A DNA stretch of 64,000 nt from Candidatus Poseidoniales archaeon (GTDB lineage: Archaea > Thermoplasmatota > Poseidoniia > MGIII > CG-Epi1), in NCBI GenBank assembly GCA_045567915.1, contig JBJLCA010000036.1:3410-67409 (forward strand). Direction: 5' to 3'. The position numbers and the translations under genes were made by a program. Below the pieces are notes generated by a model. The model ran no database searches, had not been told where the DNA came from, and saw nothing but the letters and a program-made list of their open reading frames with translations. Below, piece by piece: positions 52,901 through 60,970 of the stretch; within the stretch, counting starts at the first letter, position 1; each line of letters starts with the position of its first letter.

Positions 52901-55900
52901 GCTACAATTTCTTCAAAGGCCACAGATTCCATACCCGTTCCTGTAAATGTTAATGAATCTACATACCAGTGTTCTCCATCACCTGGATACTGATATCGAT
53001 ACATTCCTACCTGGAACTTGAGTTTTACTTCTGATTCGCCAACATAATCTGCCATGTCGAATACAGTTTCAATGTACTTATCTTGGTTGTCTGAAGCTGT
53101 TCCGCTTACACCAGTACAGTCACCACAGTGTACGAATCCTGCTTGGTTGTACAATGGATTTGCATAGAATGCATAATTGTACATTGTTCCTGGATATCCA
53201 CCTTCAGGTGTAAACAACTCCCAGTTGTCTCCATCATCTGTGGAAATCAAGACTTGTCCACCATTATATGCTGTTCCCATGCCAGAGTAGTAATCGAAAT
53301 TATACCTGTGTTTCAAAGTTAACTTCAAGTCACTTTCTGTTTCGGAAAGATCCAAAGTTGGTGTAACTGTTTCTGTAGAACCACCGCTGTAATACATCTC
53401 AAACTCTCCATCCTCTGGACCGAATGAGGTTGTATCTCCATCAGCGACTATAGCCATACCTGCTGGACTTCCCCAAGAGGTACAAGTGCCATATGTAGTG
53501 TTACATACTTTGTCAGTTCCACTCCATCCTGCTGTCTGAGCGTCTGATGTTGTAGTGTAACCTTCTAAGTCATCACTAACATCGTAAGTTGCAAGACCCA
53601 TAGGCCCTAATTGCAATCTTACTTTAGCCGCTCCAGCTGTTTGATTGTTAATTCCTGCATTAATTACTGTAGTAGACAATGCAATAGTTTCATCAATTCC
53701 AATTGGATCTGGAAGCTCTAGAGTGCTTACTCCTACATTATCATTGTATACAAGACCAGTTACTGCAAAGTCATCAAATCTCAAGAATGAATTATAGAAT
53801 CCATATCCTGTTGGTATAGATGACCAGCCTGCAACCCATCTGAACATAATATCATCTTGTCCAGTATATGCGTCAAGGTTGAATTTCACATCAATATATT
53901 TATTTGAATCTGGAGAACTGGTGAATCCAGTACTAGATCCGTAGTAAGTATATGCTGGTTGACCACGTAGTGGATTTCCATAATATGCGTAATTATAGAT
54001 GTTATTCGGATAACCACCAATAGGTGTTATCATAGTCCAAGTACTACCGCCATCTTCTGACACTTGTGCTTGGTATCCATCATATGTATAATATCCATAA
54101 TATGCTATTTTCATTTGAAGTTCAGCTTCAACAGGTAGACCTAGATCTAATGCTGGCGTGGAAACATAGGTGTCTGAAGGAACTGGATTACTGTTTCTGT
54201 AACCACTGTCCATCGAACTTGCACCACTTGATGCCGATATTGAACGGACATCCCAATCGCTAGTTCCGTATTGAACTTTACCACTAGTCCAACCTTGATC
54301 TTCACCTTCGAAATCATCTGAGAAGATAACATATTTTACTTCTCTGAAAACGACTACGCGTTGATTTGTTTTATCTTCATCATTAGCATTACCTGGAACA
54401 TTAATAGATATTCCTACAGTATCGCCAACTTTCAATCCTTCTGCGCTAGGCTTGAACTTGTTTTCTGTAAAGAAACTTACTGACTCTGAGCCTTTGAAAT
54501 CAATGGAAGCTATAGTTTCAGTTTCTGTAGCAAAAGTTTCATCAGCTTCTAAAACTGTAGTAGTTATGTCATCCACTCTGAAGAATGCATTGTAGTAAGA
54601 CATTGAATATGTATTATATCCAACAACGAAACGAACACGCACATCCTCATAGCCCGTGTATTCATCTAAAGTTGCTGTGGCTTGTTGCCAATCTTCTGTA
54701 TTAGAGTAAGATGAATATCTGCCACCTGTGTCATAATAAGTCCATGCATCTCTTGATGTATCTAACGGATTACCCCATGTTGTGTAAGTAGTTCCATAAT
54801 ATTTCTTACCAGATAGTTTATCGTTATCTACATAATCCCAATTATTTCCACCATCGGTTGAAACTTCCATGTACGCTCCTTCATATCTGAAGTAGAAATT
54901 GTAAGATATCTTGAAAGACATTTTCATTCCTACTGCCTCACTAAGATCCATTGCTGGTGAGCTTAATGCTGCAAGATAAGTAGGTGCAGGACCAATTGTT
55001 TGTGTAGCTGTACCTGAACTACTTCCAGAAGTGAAGTAGTAAACTGCATCTTGATAATTAAGGAATGAATAATAATTAGCTGCATAATTACTAGACACAA
55101 AAATGTCTTCTGAATCAGTTACTGCAAGTGAACCTTTGTATGTTCCTTGTGTAAAGGAACCCCAAAGGGTAGTTATGCTAGTTAATGAACTTGTAGGCAT
55201 TTTCTTTACACCACCATAATATGATGAGTAATAATATCCCATAGTGTATACGTAATCATTGTGAGCTTCTATACCAATTCCATATCTTGCTCCAGTATAA
55301 ACTTGAGTGTAACATGTGGTACTTGCACAGTAGTCACCAGAAGTATCTCTATCATATCCTCTTATTCGGCCATAGTAATCTCTATAGACGACATAAAGAT
55401 CTCCTGTGTTTTCATCTATGTCAAGATCTTGTGAATAGGTGTATGCTGAAACTCCATTTCCGTAACTTAGTGATTTACCATTTGATGCCAATCCATCATT
55501 AGTTGAAAAACCTACAATCTTACGGTATGATGCAGAATTGGTTGTTTGAAGAACAAACAATTCATCAGCATCTTCATAGATAGATATAGCAGTACCATAT
55601 CTTGCTGCAGTGGTACAACTTCCTGTCAAGGCCAAAGTAGTTCTATCCCATTTACATACTTTAGTTACGTATGAATAAGTACTAGATGATCTTGCCAAGG
55701 TGTAATAGTAATCTGCATCTGATGTTATATCAAGAACATTTCGTAGATTAGTCAAGTCAGGCCCAATAATAGTGCTGACTGAATTAGAGTCTGAAGTGTC
55801 TATTTTCTTAATAGAGTTTGATCCTTTATCAGCTACGAGTATGTCTTCACCATCGTAGTGAACTCTTTGCTGATCACTGAATAATCCGCTGAAAGTTGTT

Positions 55901-57054
55901 GATTTACGGCCTGAAGACCATGAACCGTCAGCTGTTCCCTCTGATCCATAATTGTAGTTTCCTACACCATCATTCAAATCTTGGGTCCACTTACTTGTAG
56001 CCCCATTTATGCCTGAATGAGTCCAACCTTGGGCGTCTGCCCTATCGTTGAAATCGTATTCTGAAACTGTTTCTTTAACTGAGAAAATACTAGCTGTAAC
56101 ATCTACATCTGTTTCTGGAACAGGAGTACAAGAACCTGCTGTGTCACAGTTAACTCCGTTGTTAGTTACAGTTGCACCTAGAATGTTATCTTCTGCCAAA
56201 GACATTGGCTCTGGAATTGTGGTTGCTGACAATTTCAAATCATTTCTCTTTGGTGGTGGTGCTGTGAATAAAACTGCAGTTTCATCAGCTATAGTTGAAG
56301 AAGGCGACGATCTGTATTTGTATTGCAGACCATATTGTGTGCCATCTACAACGCCTTGAATACCTGAAGTCAAGTATTCGTTATCATAATATGAACCTCC
56401 GGTTGCGTCTTTATATTGTAATAATATAGTGTTAGAACCTTCGCTCAAAATAATTTGCCAAGTAATGGTGTTGGTTGCCCAAACACTACCACTGTTACAG
56501 TATGAAGTACCATCTCTAGCACTCCAATATACTTGGTCTTGCATTTGTATAATTAATTGTCTAGACCCTTCGTCCCCTACAGTTTCATAATAAACTCCAG
56601 AGTTAGGATTTCTAGACGTACAGAAACCACCGTCGAACCATCCTGCAACTACTGCGTTTTGACCCAGTTGAGCTGCTGGAAGTGCATAAGGCGTCCATGC
56701 ATTCGAAATAGCTCCGCCGAATGTAATGTAACCATTATCTCCTCCATTGTAGAATTTATCATACGAAGTTTCATAAAATTCAAAATCGAATCCGATGTTA
56801 AATGGACCTTGAGCCCCATCTGTGGTACTGCCTAGCAATTTGGTTCCACTACTAACAATATCTGTCCAAGCATAAGTTGGACCATCTGATTCTGCTGAAT
56901 CTTTAAAACTATAACCGTAGCTATCGCTACCGGTTCTTGCCGATGCCTCTGGCGCAAACAGTACGAACGTACTGGTGACCATCGTCACGACGACTACAAT
57001 TGCCATTAGCTTTGCAGCCCAATCTCTCTTTTCTATTTTATAGGTTTCTTGCAT
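49921..57054 (-). CDS. Giant (2,377 aa) surface protein: NIDO-like N-domain, beta-propeller-like region, four tandem Asp-box jelly-roll modules, CARDB-like domains, embedded cupredoxin domain, C-terminal sorting signal
   Basis: Signal anchor 'AAKLMAIVVVVTMVTSTFVLFAPEASA'. Asp-boxes 'STDGGNNW', 'SEDGGSTW', 'STDDGDNW', 'STNGGSTW', each followed by 'YYGNPL'-type motifs. Type-1 Cu 'MTHTV...YNCKYHPMMEGTITV' (~51317-51575). Tail 'STPSFALGIVGMSVAALIAAAGASLRREEE'. Confidence 0.85.
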   Translation of the reverse strand: MQETYKIEKRDWAAKLMAIVVVVTMVTSTFVLFAPEASARTGSDSYGYSFKDSAESDGPTYAWTDIVSSGTKLLGSTTDGAQGPFNIGFDFEFYETSYDKFYNGGDNGYITFGGAISNAWTPYALPAAQLGQNAVVAGWFDGGFCTSRNPNSGVYYETVGDEGSRQLIIQMQDQVYWSARDGTSYCNSGSVWATNTITWQIILSEGSNTILLQYKDATGGSYYDNEYLTSGIQGVVDGTQYGLQYKYRSSPSSTIADETAVLFTAPPPKRNDLKLSATTIPEPMSLAEDNILGATVTNNGVNCDTAGSCTPVPETDVDVTASIFSVKETVSEYDFNDRADAQGWTHSGINGATSKWTQDLNDGVGNYNYGSEGTADGSWSSGRKSTTFSGLFSDQQRVHYDGEDILVADKGSNSIKKIDTSDSNSVSTIIGPDLTNLRNVLDITSDADYYYTLARSSSTYSYVTKVCKWDRTTLALTGSCTTAARYGTAISIYEDADELFVLQTTNSASYRKIVGFSTNDGLASNGKSLSYGNGVSAYTYSQDLDIDENTGDLYVVYRDYYGRIRGYDRDTSGDYCASTTCYTQVYTGARYGIGIEAHNDYVYTMGYYYSSYYGGVKKMPTSSLTSITTLWGSFTQGTYKGSLAVTDSEDIFVSSNYAANYYSFLNYQDAVYYFTSGSSSGTATQTIGPAPTYLAALSSPAMDLSEAVGMKMSFKISYNFYFRYEGAYMEVSTDGGNNWDYVDNDKLSGKKYYGTTYTTWGNPLDTSRDAWTYYDTGGRYSSYSNTEDWQQATATLDEYTGYEDVRVRFVVGYNTYSMSYYNAFFRVDDITTTVLEADETFATETETIASIDFKGSESVSFFTENKFKPSAEGLKVGDTVGISINVPGNANDEDKTNQRVVVFREVKYVIFSDDFEGEDQGWTSGKVQYGTSDWDVRSISASSGASSMDSGYRNSNPVPSDTYVSTPALDLGLPVEAELQMKIAYYGYYTYDGYQAQVSEDGGSTWTMITPIGGYPNNIYNYAYYGNPLRGQPAYTYYGSSTGFTSSPDSNKYIDVKFNLDAYTGQDDIMFRWVAGWSSIPTGYGFYNSFLRFDDFAVTGLVYNDNVGVSTLELPDPIGIDETIALSTTVINAGINNQTAGAAKVRLQLGPMGLATYDVSDDLEGYTTTSDAQTAGWSGTDKVCNTTYGTCTSWGSPAGMAIVADGDTTSFGPEDGEFEMYYSGGSTETVTPTLDLSETESDLKLTLKHRYNFDYYSGMGTAYNGGQVLISTDDGDNWELFTPEGGYPGTMYNYAFYANPLYNQAGFVHCGDCTGVSGTASDNQDKYIETVFDMADYVGESEVKLKFQVGMYRYQYPGDGEHWYVDSLTFTGTGMESVAFEEIVAISGAAGPFVSGEKFEYSKDYHFQVPGEYKIEFTAWIGSDPSAGDDFAGDNTAAATRETMFTVAGTTADAEATSNKNDDLNRMYYEDDWTSAKDGGPKDGHQWRTDATSNSPDSPVWWVGPDAYGTSYNGDDVSLMSPVIDLSQATSAKLVFDHVFSFYASIGNYNYYYDGGRVEISTNGGSTWSSLPVTSGQGYGGAVYNYAYYGNPLRGQQAFVASSSAGNSMVESQCSLNDYTGEGFDNVRLRFRYGGAFPNWGSTWSIDNVGIYGLGFDLKQTSSSVPYTLEVGESSTITTSFVNQGKGNLGAGGAMTEAFAYAYVNDMSGNELWSKSSSLGTLNMAYYDENGDTFAGESTPTISFDFPGMSSAGMYTAGVMVADSNGDMLSDLFSANNDANHMLLVGLGADMGSPLLAGGANWGAATGVPTDVGTGALGVAWDETGVATGTLAIDIAGQGTGFVPESPTVQLGTTVTWTNSDDMTHTVTDKASQFDSFDIAPGASYQQTFNEIGVFTYNCKYHPMMEGTITVTSDNSADEQARTNYINVWSAESYLFFWAKYDISDDSAISVYAQKKGSDIDDAGTLALWGANGFKIMDGSDHSEVGDSLTGNSDWNPYYIYLDSNKLGYNSLAYSPEEDNSYAFVFRARGVEGTAEIGNVQVVRTQDTGFFFAKDNPNKLTYEIFPSLAVEMDYFAKNIGTEDNEFQFTPTLVAQGKEYMGAAFTITVEVLVNGVEYNDLTSVSDGNGTYTYGIEMSPDDEATITVRFLAPNYDAEKAEPAGNRKFDVKMNPVDTGSDEDMREPTSATLFIKPSQFVLGEMSYDRAGVLEGDSLAITVEAWNEGNYASDVLMVVYAIDSTGDAYNTPDGVKRMTRIASTTEPVMAPKPVLESQGIYQTWYPITAVWEEAFIPGETNQDFTNVELYAMINPEPEQIDVDNGHKKQDEYLNQKDDNDAFGQIAVVKDKSSTPSFALGIVGMSVAALIAAAGASLRREEE

Positions 57055-57077
57055 ATGTACACACCTTGGTTGAGTCC

Positions 57078-57083
57078 TTTTAT
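57078..57083 (-). promoter_or_regulatory. TATA-like element (GATAAAAG on gene strand), -24 to -29 from the ATG at 57054
   Basis: Same spacing as the other putative leaderless promoters in the window. Confidence 0.35.
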
Positions 57084-57175
57084 CAACAGGGTTTAGCCCG
57101 TTGAAGGATTACATACATGACGCCAATATATTATAAAGGTTGGCATTTATTTTTTTAAAGTAAAAAGTAAAAAGC

Positions 57176-57183
57176 TATTTTAA
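57176..57183 (+). promoter_or_regulatory. TATA-like box (TATTTTAA), -22 to -29 from the pdxT ATG at 57205
   Basis: A/T octamer in the 150-nt divergent intergenic region. Confidence 0.35.
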
Positions 57184-57204
57184 GGGTAAAATTCTATGTG
57201 ATTT

Positions 57205-57741
57205 ATGCTTATCGGCGTGTTGGCTCTTCAAGGTGCAGTTTCCGAACATTGTAGTGCGTTGACTTCACTAGAAATCAATAATAAAGAAATAAAAAGCTTA
57301 GATGAAATCAAAGAAGTCGATGGATTAATTATGCCAGGAGGCGAATCAACTACTTTGCGTAAATTGCTTGTAAGTACTGGCCTTTGGAAATATATTATGA
57401 ACAGTAATATTCCCATAATGGGCACCTGTGCAGGAGCCATACTTTTAGGTAAAAGTGAAAATGAAACTTTCCGGAAAATGAATTTCACTATTAATCGTAA
57501 CCATTATGGAAGACAGATTGACTCGTTTGAAGAAACATTAGAAATAAAAGATCATCCAAATTTCAAAGGTGTATTCATCAGAGCTCCAGCCATCACCAAT
57601 ATTGGGAAAGCAAAACCAATTGCATTTTGCAAAAACGAGATTGTAGGTTGTATTGAAGGTAAAAACATGGCATTGACATTTCATCCTGAATTGACTAATG
57701 ATAGTTATTTTCATAATATGTGGATAAGGAATTTGCAATGA
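57205..57741 (+). CDS. pdxT: Pyridoxal 5'-phosphate synthase glutaminase subunit PdxT
   Basis: 'IGVLALQGAVSEH', 'LIMPGGESTT', 'PIMGTCAGAILL', 'NHYGRQIDSFE', 'FHPEL'. Confidence 0.9.
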   Translation: MLIGVLALQGAVSEHCSALTSLEINNKEIKSLDEIKEVDGLIMPGGESTTLRKLLVSTGLWKYIMNSNIPIMGTCAGAILLGKSENETFRKMNFTINRNHYGRQIDSFEETLEIKDHPNFKGVFIRAPAITNIGKAKPIAFCKNEIVGCIEGKNMALTFHPELTNDSYFHNMWIRNLQ

Positions 57742-58076
57742 AAGATCCAAAGGGTAGAAAAGTCATTGGATTTGATAAACATGTCTTTGTTTGTGAAAAT
57801 GAACGCGTAAAAGGACATCCGAGAGAATGTTGTTCTAAAAAAACTAAATTCAATCTAAAATCATTATTCAAAAAAGAATTGGAAAAAAACACTCACAAAA
57901 ATATACGAATAAACTCTGCTGGTTGTTTAGATTTTTGTGAACAAGGTCCAACTGTAGTAATTTATCCTGAAAGTGTTTGGTATTCCATTAAAAATCCTGA
58001 AAAAGACATTCCTGAAATAGTGAAAGAACACTTAATTAATGGAAATATTGTCAAAAGGTGTCTTATTGAGCTATAA
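57720..58076 (+). CDS. Thioredoxin-like [2Fe-2S] ferredoxin domain protein
   Basis: 'HVFVCENER...CC', 'SAGCLDFCEQGPTVVIYPESVWY' (four-Cys pattern). 22-nt overlap with pdxT. Confidence 0.7.
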   Translation: MDKEFAMKDPKGRKVIGFDKHVFVCENERVKGHPRECCSKKTKFNLKSLFKKELEKNTHKNIRINSAGCLDFCEQGPTVVIYPESVWYSIKNPEKDIPEIVKEHLINGNIVKRCLIEL

Positions 58077-58163
58077 TGGTGCGGGGGGAGGGATTCGAAC
58101 CCACGTACCACTAAGGATCGGATTTTGAGCCCGACGCAATTGGCCAGACTATGCGACCCCCGC
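58077..58163 (-). tRNA. tRNA-Leu (anticodon CAA), class II with long variable arm, genomically encoded CCA
   Basis: Hand-folded. Acceptor GCGGGGG/CCCCCGC. Anticodon stem TCGGG/TCCGA with loop CTCAAAA. 13-nt variable arm. T-arm GTGGG-TTCGAAT-CCCTC (one U-U mismatch). Discriminator A plus CCA. Confidence 0.85.
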
Positions 58164-58186
58164 ACATATTTTCCACCGACATAGCT

Positions 58187-58194
58187 CTATTTTA
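58187..58194 (-). promoter_or_regulatory. TATA box (TAAAATAG on gene strand), -24 to -31 from the tRNA-Leu 5' end
   Basis: Canonical archaeal TATA distance from the mature 5' end at 58163. Confidence 0.45.
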
Positions 58195-58215
58195 GGTACG
58201 CGGTATTCAAACAAA

Positions 58216-58827
58216 ATGACTATGCTTGTGCACTGGGATAAAGCAATCGAACAACTTAATAAAAAAGATAAAATAATCTCAAAAATAATAAGTCAATATC
58301 CTAACGAAAGAATGGTCATGAAAAATAACTCATTACATACTTTGGTGAGGTCTATTGTAGGGCAACAGATATCTGTAAAAGCTGCAGACGCAATATGGAA
58401 TAGATTAGAAAAAGCATGTAACTATAAAGTTACTGAAAAAAATATTTTGAAATTTGATAAAAGTGAATTAAGAGAAATTGGGTTATCGAATACAAAGGCT
58501 GACTACATTTTTAATGTTGTAAATGCAGATATAACAAAAAATGACTGGGAGGGGATGGATGATGATGAAATTATCAGTAAATTATGCGAAATAAAGGGAA
58601 TCGGTCCTTGGACTGCCGAAATGTTTTTAATTTTTCGTTTAGGAAGAGAAAACATATTACCATTAGGAGATATTGGATTGGTGAATGCGATTAATTTACA
58701 TTATAATAATAAAGAAAAATTTTCTAAGAGCGAATTAATCAAGTTTAAAGAAAAATGGAGCCCATGGTGCTCAATTGCCACATGGTATATGTGGAGAAGT
58801 CTTGATCCTATTCCAGTAGAATACTAA
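58216..58827 (+). CDS. HhH-GPD superfamily DNA glycosylase (3-methyladenine DNA glycosylase II / AlkA-like)
   Basis: 'LVRSIVGQQISVKAADAIWNRL', helix-hairpin-helix 'IKGIGPWTAEMFLIF', catalytic Asp context 'LPLGDIGL'. Confidence 0.75.
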   Translation: MTMLVHWDKAIEQLNKKDKIISKIISQYPNERMVMKNNSLHTLVRSIVGQQISVKAADAIWNRLEKACNYKVTEKNILKFDKSELREIGLSNTKADYIFNVVNADITKNDWEGMDDDEIISKLCEIKGIGPWTAEMFLIFRLGRENILPLGDIGLVNAINLHYNNKEKFSKSELIKFKEKWSPWCSIATWYMWRSLDPIPVEY

Positions 58828-58830
58828 AAT

Positions 58831-59691
58831 TTACTTGAATCTTTCTTGTGATTGCCATACTGCACCTACTAAATGGCGAATTAATCTTGCAGCTAGTGCT
58901 GAAGTATTTCCATTATCATGAGGTGGGCATACTTCTACGCAATCAAAACCAACTATTCTATCTGCAAAAAAATTGATAGTCTGTATTATTTCGTAAGGAG
59001 TCATGCCTAGAGGTTCTGGAGTGCCCACTCCTGGTGCAAATGCAGGATCAATCGCATCCATATCTAAACTCAAATAGATTGGCCCCTCTAAATCTTCAAT
59101 CACATCTGACAAATATTCTCTTAATTCAGTCCATCCTGACTCTAAGAAATTTAATCCAACCGATCTTGCTTCCGAAATTTCAGATTGGGAAACTGAGCGA
59201 ATCCCGACTGGACGAACTTTATCAATACCTACTATTTCACTAACTCTTCTTGTAACTGTTGCGTGAGAAAGAGGATTACCTTCATATTCCTTTCTAAAAT
59301 CTAAATGCGCGTCTAAGATCACGACTGCTAATGTAGGATATTTTTCATGTAATGCCTTAATTGCTGGAGGAGTTAAGGAATGCTCACCACCTAAACCTAT
59401 TGGAAATTTATTCTCATTAACTATTTTAGAAACTAAATCTTCAACTGCAGCTTCATTTTTTTCTTGATTTGAAGTAACTTCTATGTTTCCCCAATCATTC
59501 ATTGAAACGTCAGATATATCCACCCCTAATTCTAGCAAATATGTTTCAAAATTATAACTGTGTTTACGAATTTCATCTGGAGCTAATGAGGTACCTTTTC
59601 GAAAACATGCAGTACCGTCATAAGGATAACCATAATATACAAATTTTGAATTATCAAATGAAGATTCTGCGTCTGCAAAGAATTCTGTCAC
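58831..59691 (-). CDS. speB: Agmatinase (ureohydrolase family)
   Basis: 'IGLGGEHSLT', 'VVILDAHLDF', 'YLSLDMDAIDPAFAPGVGTPEP'. Starts 1 nt after the aIF5A stop. Confidence 0.85.
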   Translation of the reverse strand: MTEFFADAESSFDNSKFVYYGYPYDGTACFRKGTSLAPDEIRKHSYNFETYLLELGVDISDVSMNDWGNIEVTSNQEKNEAAVEDLVSKIVNENKFPIGLGGEHSLTPPAIKALHEKYPTLAVVILDAHLDFRKEYEGNPLSHATVTRRVSEIVGIDKVRPVGIRSVSQSEISEARSVGLNFLESGWTELREYLSDVIEDLEGPIYLSLDMDAIDPAFAPGVGTPEPLGMTPYEIIQTINFFADRIVGFDCVEVCPPHDNGNTSALAARLIRHLVGAVWQSQERFK

Positions 59692-59692
59692 G

Positions 59693-60088
59693 TTAGTCTG
59701 TTACCAAAACTCTGCCCATAGCAGAAAGGTAAACTATCTCATTTCCAGGTTCCATATTGCTATGAAATTTCTCAGGAATATCTGCCAATGGCACATTAAA
59801 TGTGTTATAATCCTCTAAATCCATCATTTGAATTTCAGAACCTAAATTAGCCAAAATCTGAGCTTTACGACGATCTACTTGAGGTACGTGAACCTTGTGC
59901 TTCACAGGATGCACCAATGATCTTTTTTGACCATCAAAAAGGCCAATAGCAACCATACGTGCTTTAGCTTCACCGTGTTTTCCTGGCTTGGATGTAACAT
60001 ATTCAACTAATTTGCATGGTTCACCATCTATGACGATGTATCTACCAACTTTCAAAGTTCTTATTTCTTGTATTGATGTTTGACTCAT
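59693..60088 (-). CDS. Translation initiation factor 5A (aIF5A)
   Basis: 'GRYIVIDGEPCKLVEYVTSKPGKHGEAKARMVAIGLFDG', containing the hypusine-site Lys context. Confidence 0.9.
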   Translation of the reverse strand: MSQTSIQEIRTLKVGRYIVIDGEPCKLVEYVTSKPGKHGEAKARMVAIGLFDGQKRSLVHPVKHKVHVPQVDRRKAQILANLGSEIQMMDLEDYNTFNVPLADIPEKFHSNMEPGNEIVYLSAMGRVLVTD

Positions 60089-60092
60089 TCTT

Positions 60093-60266
60093 TCACCACT
60101 CTAAATCGCGCCACATGTCATCCGAGAGATACCCATAAAGAGTATTGCGTCCCGAAATATTACGTCTTAAACGATTAAAAAGATCTATTGATACTTCTAA
60201 GGCTTGGTCGTTATTTTCTTCATGTATAGCTTCTAATCGTTGAATCAATTGCTCTATACTAATCAT
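60093..60266 (-). CDS. Unlisted 57-aa ORF (MISIEQLIQRLEAIHEENNDQALEVSIDLFNRLRRNISGRNTLYGYLSDDMWRDLEW)
   Basis: Hand-translated, below the 60-aa cut-off of the ORF track. The ATG lies 4 nt after the tbp stop (60271) and the TGA lies 4 nt before the aIF5A start (60088), so it exactly fills the only gap in this operon. Confidence 0.45.
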   Translation of the reverse strand: MISIEQLIQRLEAIHEENNDQALEVSIDLFNRLRRNISGRNTLYGYLSDDMWRDLEW

Positions 60267-60270
60267 TGAC

Positions 60271-60822
60271 TTATGTCCTCATTAAACCTGCAGTAGATAA
60301 TTCTTCTTTGATGTTTCGAACAGCATCTTTGATGTTGTTAACTTCTCTAGCTCCAACACACACCATTTTTCCGCTTCCGAATAATAGAAGAACCACTTTT
60401 GGATCATCCATTCGATATACTAATCCTGGGAAAGCTTCTGGTTCATACTCAACATTTTCAAAACCTAGTGACATTGCAATCTGAATCAGATTAAGTGTTG
60501 ATTCAAGATTAGTTGTTGCTACTATATTTTGTATCACAATATCTGGTTCATCTTTAACTGGCATATCTAAAACTCTTAGTTCATCAACTACTTTATTTAT
60601 TGCTACATGAACATCTGGAATTGATCTTGCACCAGTACAAACTACTTTACCACTTCTGAAGATTAATACTGCCGTTTTAGGTTCTGCTAGTTTGTAAATC
60701 AAACCTGGGAATCTATCCTGATCATATTCTGCACCTTCTAACTGAAAAGCTATATCTTGAAGCATCAATTCTTTACCTATTGATGCGCTGGCTACCACGT
60801 TTACTACTATAATTTCTGCCAT
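60271..60822 (-). CDS. tbp: TATA-box binding protein
   Basis: Two direct repeats: 'NVVASASIGKELMLQDIA...FPGLIYKLAEPKTAVLIFRSGKVVCTGA' and 'NIVATTNLESTLNL...FPGLVYRMDDPKVVLLLFGSGKMVCVGA'. Confidence 0.95.
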   Translation of the reverse strand: MAEIIVVNVVASASIGKELMLQDIAFQLEGAEYDQDRFPGLIYKLAEPKTAVLIFRSGKVVCTGARSIPDVHVAINKVVDELRVLDMPVKDEPDIVIQNIVATTNLESTLNLIQIAMSLGFENVEYEPEAFPGLVYRMDDPKVVLLLFGSGKMVCVGAREVNNIKDAVRNIKEELSTAGLMRT

Positions 60823-60845
60823 AGTTCCTCCTCGGAGAACTGTGT

Positions 60846-60853
60846 ATATAAAG
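60846..60853 (-). promoter_or_regulatory. TATA box (TTTATATA on gene strand), -24 to -31 from the tbp ATG
   Basis: Consensus-like archaeal TATA at the spacing expected for a leaderless transcript. Confidence 0.45.
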
Positions 60854-60970
60854 GGCCTATTTAAAGGTTTAAATACCCTTTTTGAAAAAAGGAACTGTAA
60901 TATTTAGTCTCAAATGAGGTGAAAAATAGATATTAACCTTTTTTACAAGCCATCCAATATAAACAATATA

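Noticed and set aside
57962-58165. 67-aa minus-strand ORF
   Set aside because: Its 5' part is the tRNA-Leu gene (58077-58163) and the rest is antisense to the ferredoxin gene.
60858-60875. Near-palindrome TATTTAAAGGTTTAAATA between tbp and the dehydratase gene as a bidirectional TATA pair
   Set aside because: It is too far (about 95 nt) from the plus-strand ATG and farther than the better-placed TTTATATA (60846-60853) from tbp. It cannot be distinguished from generic AT-rich spacer by eye.
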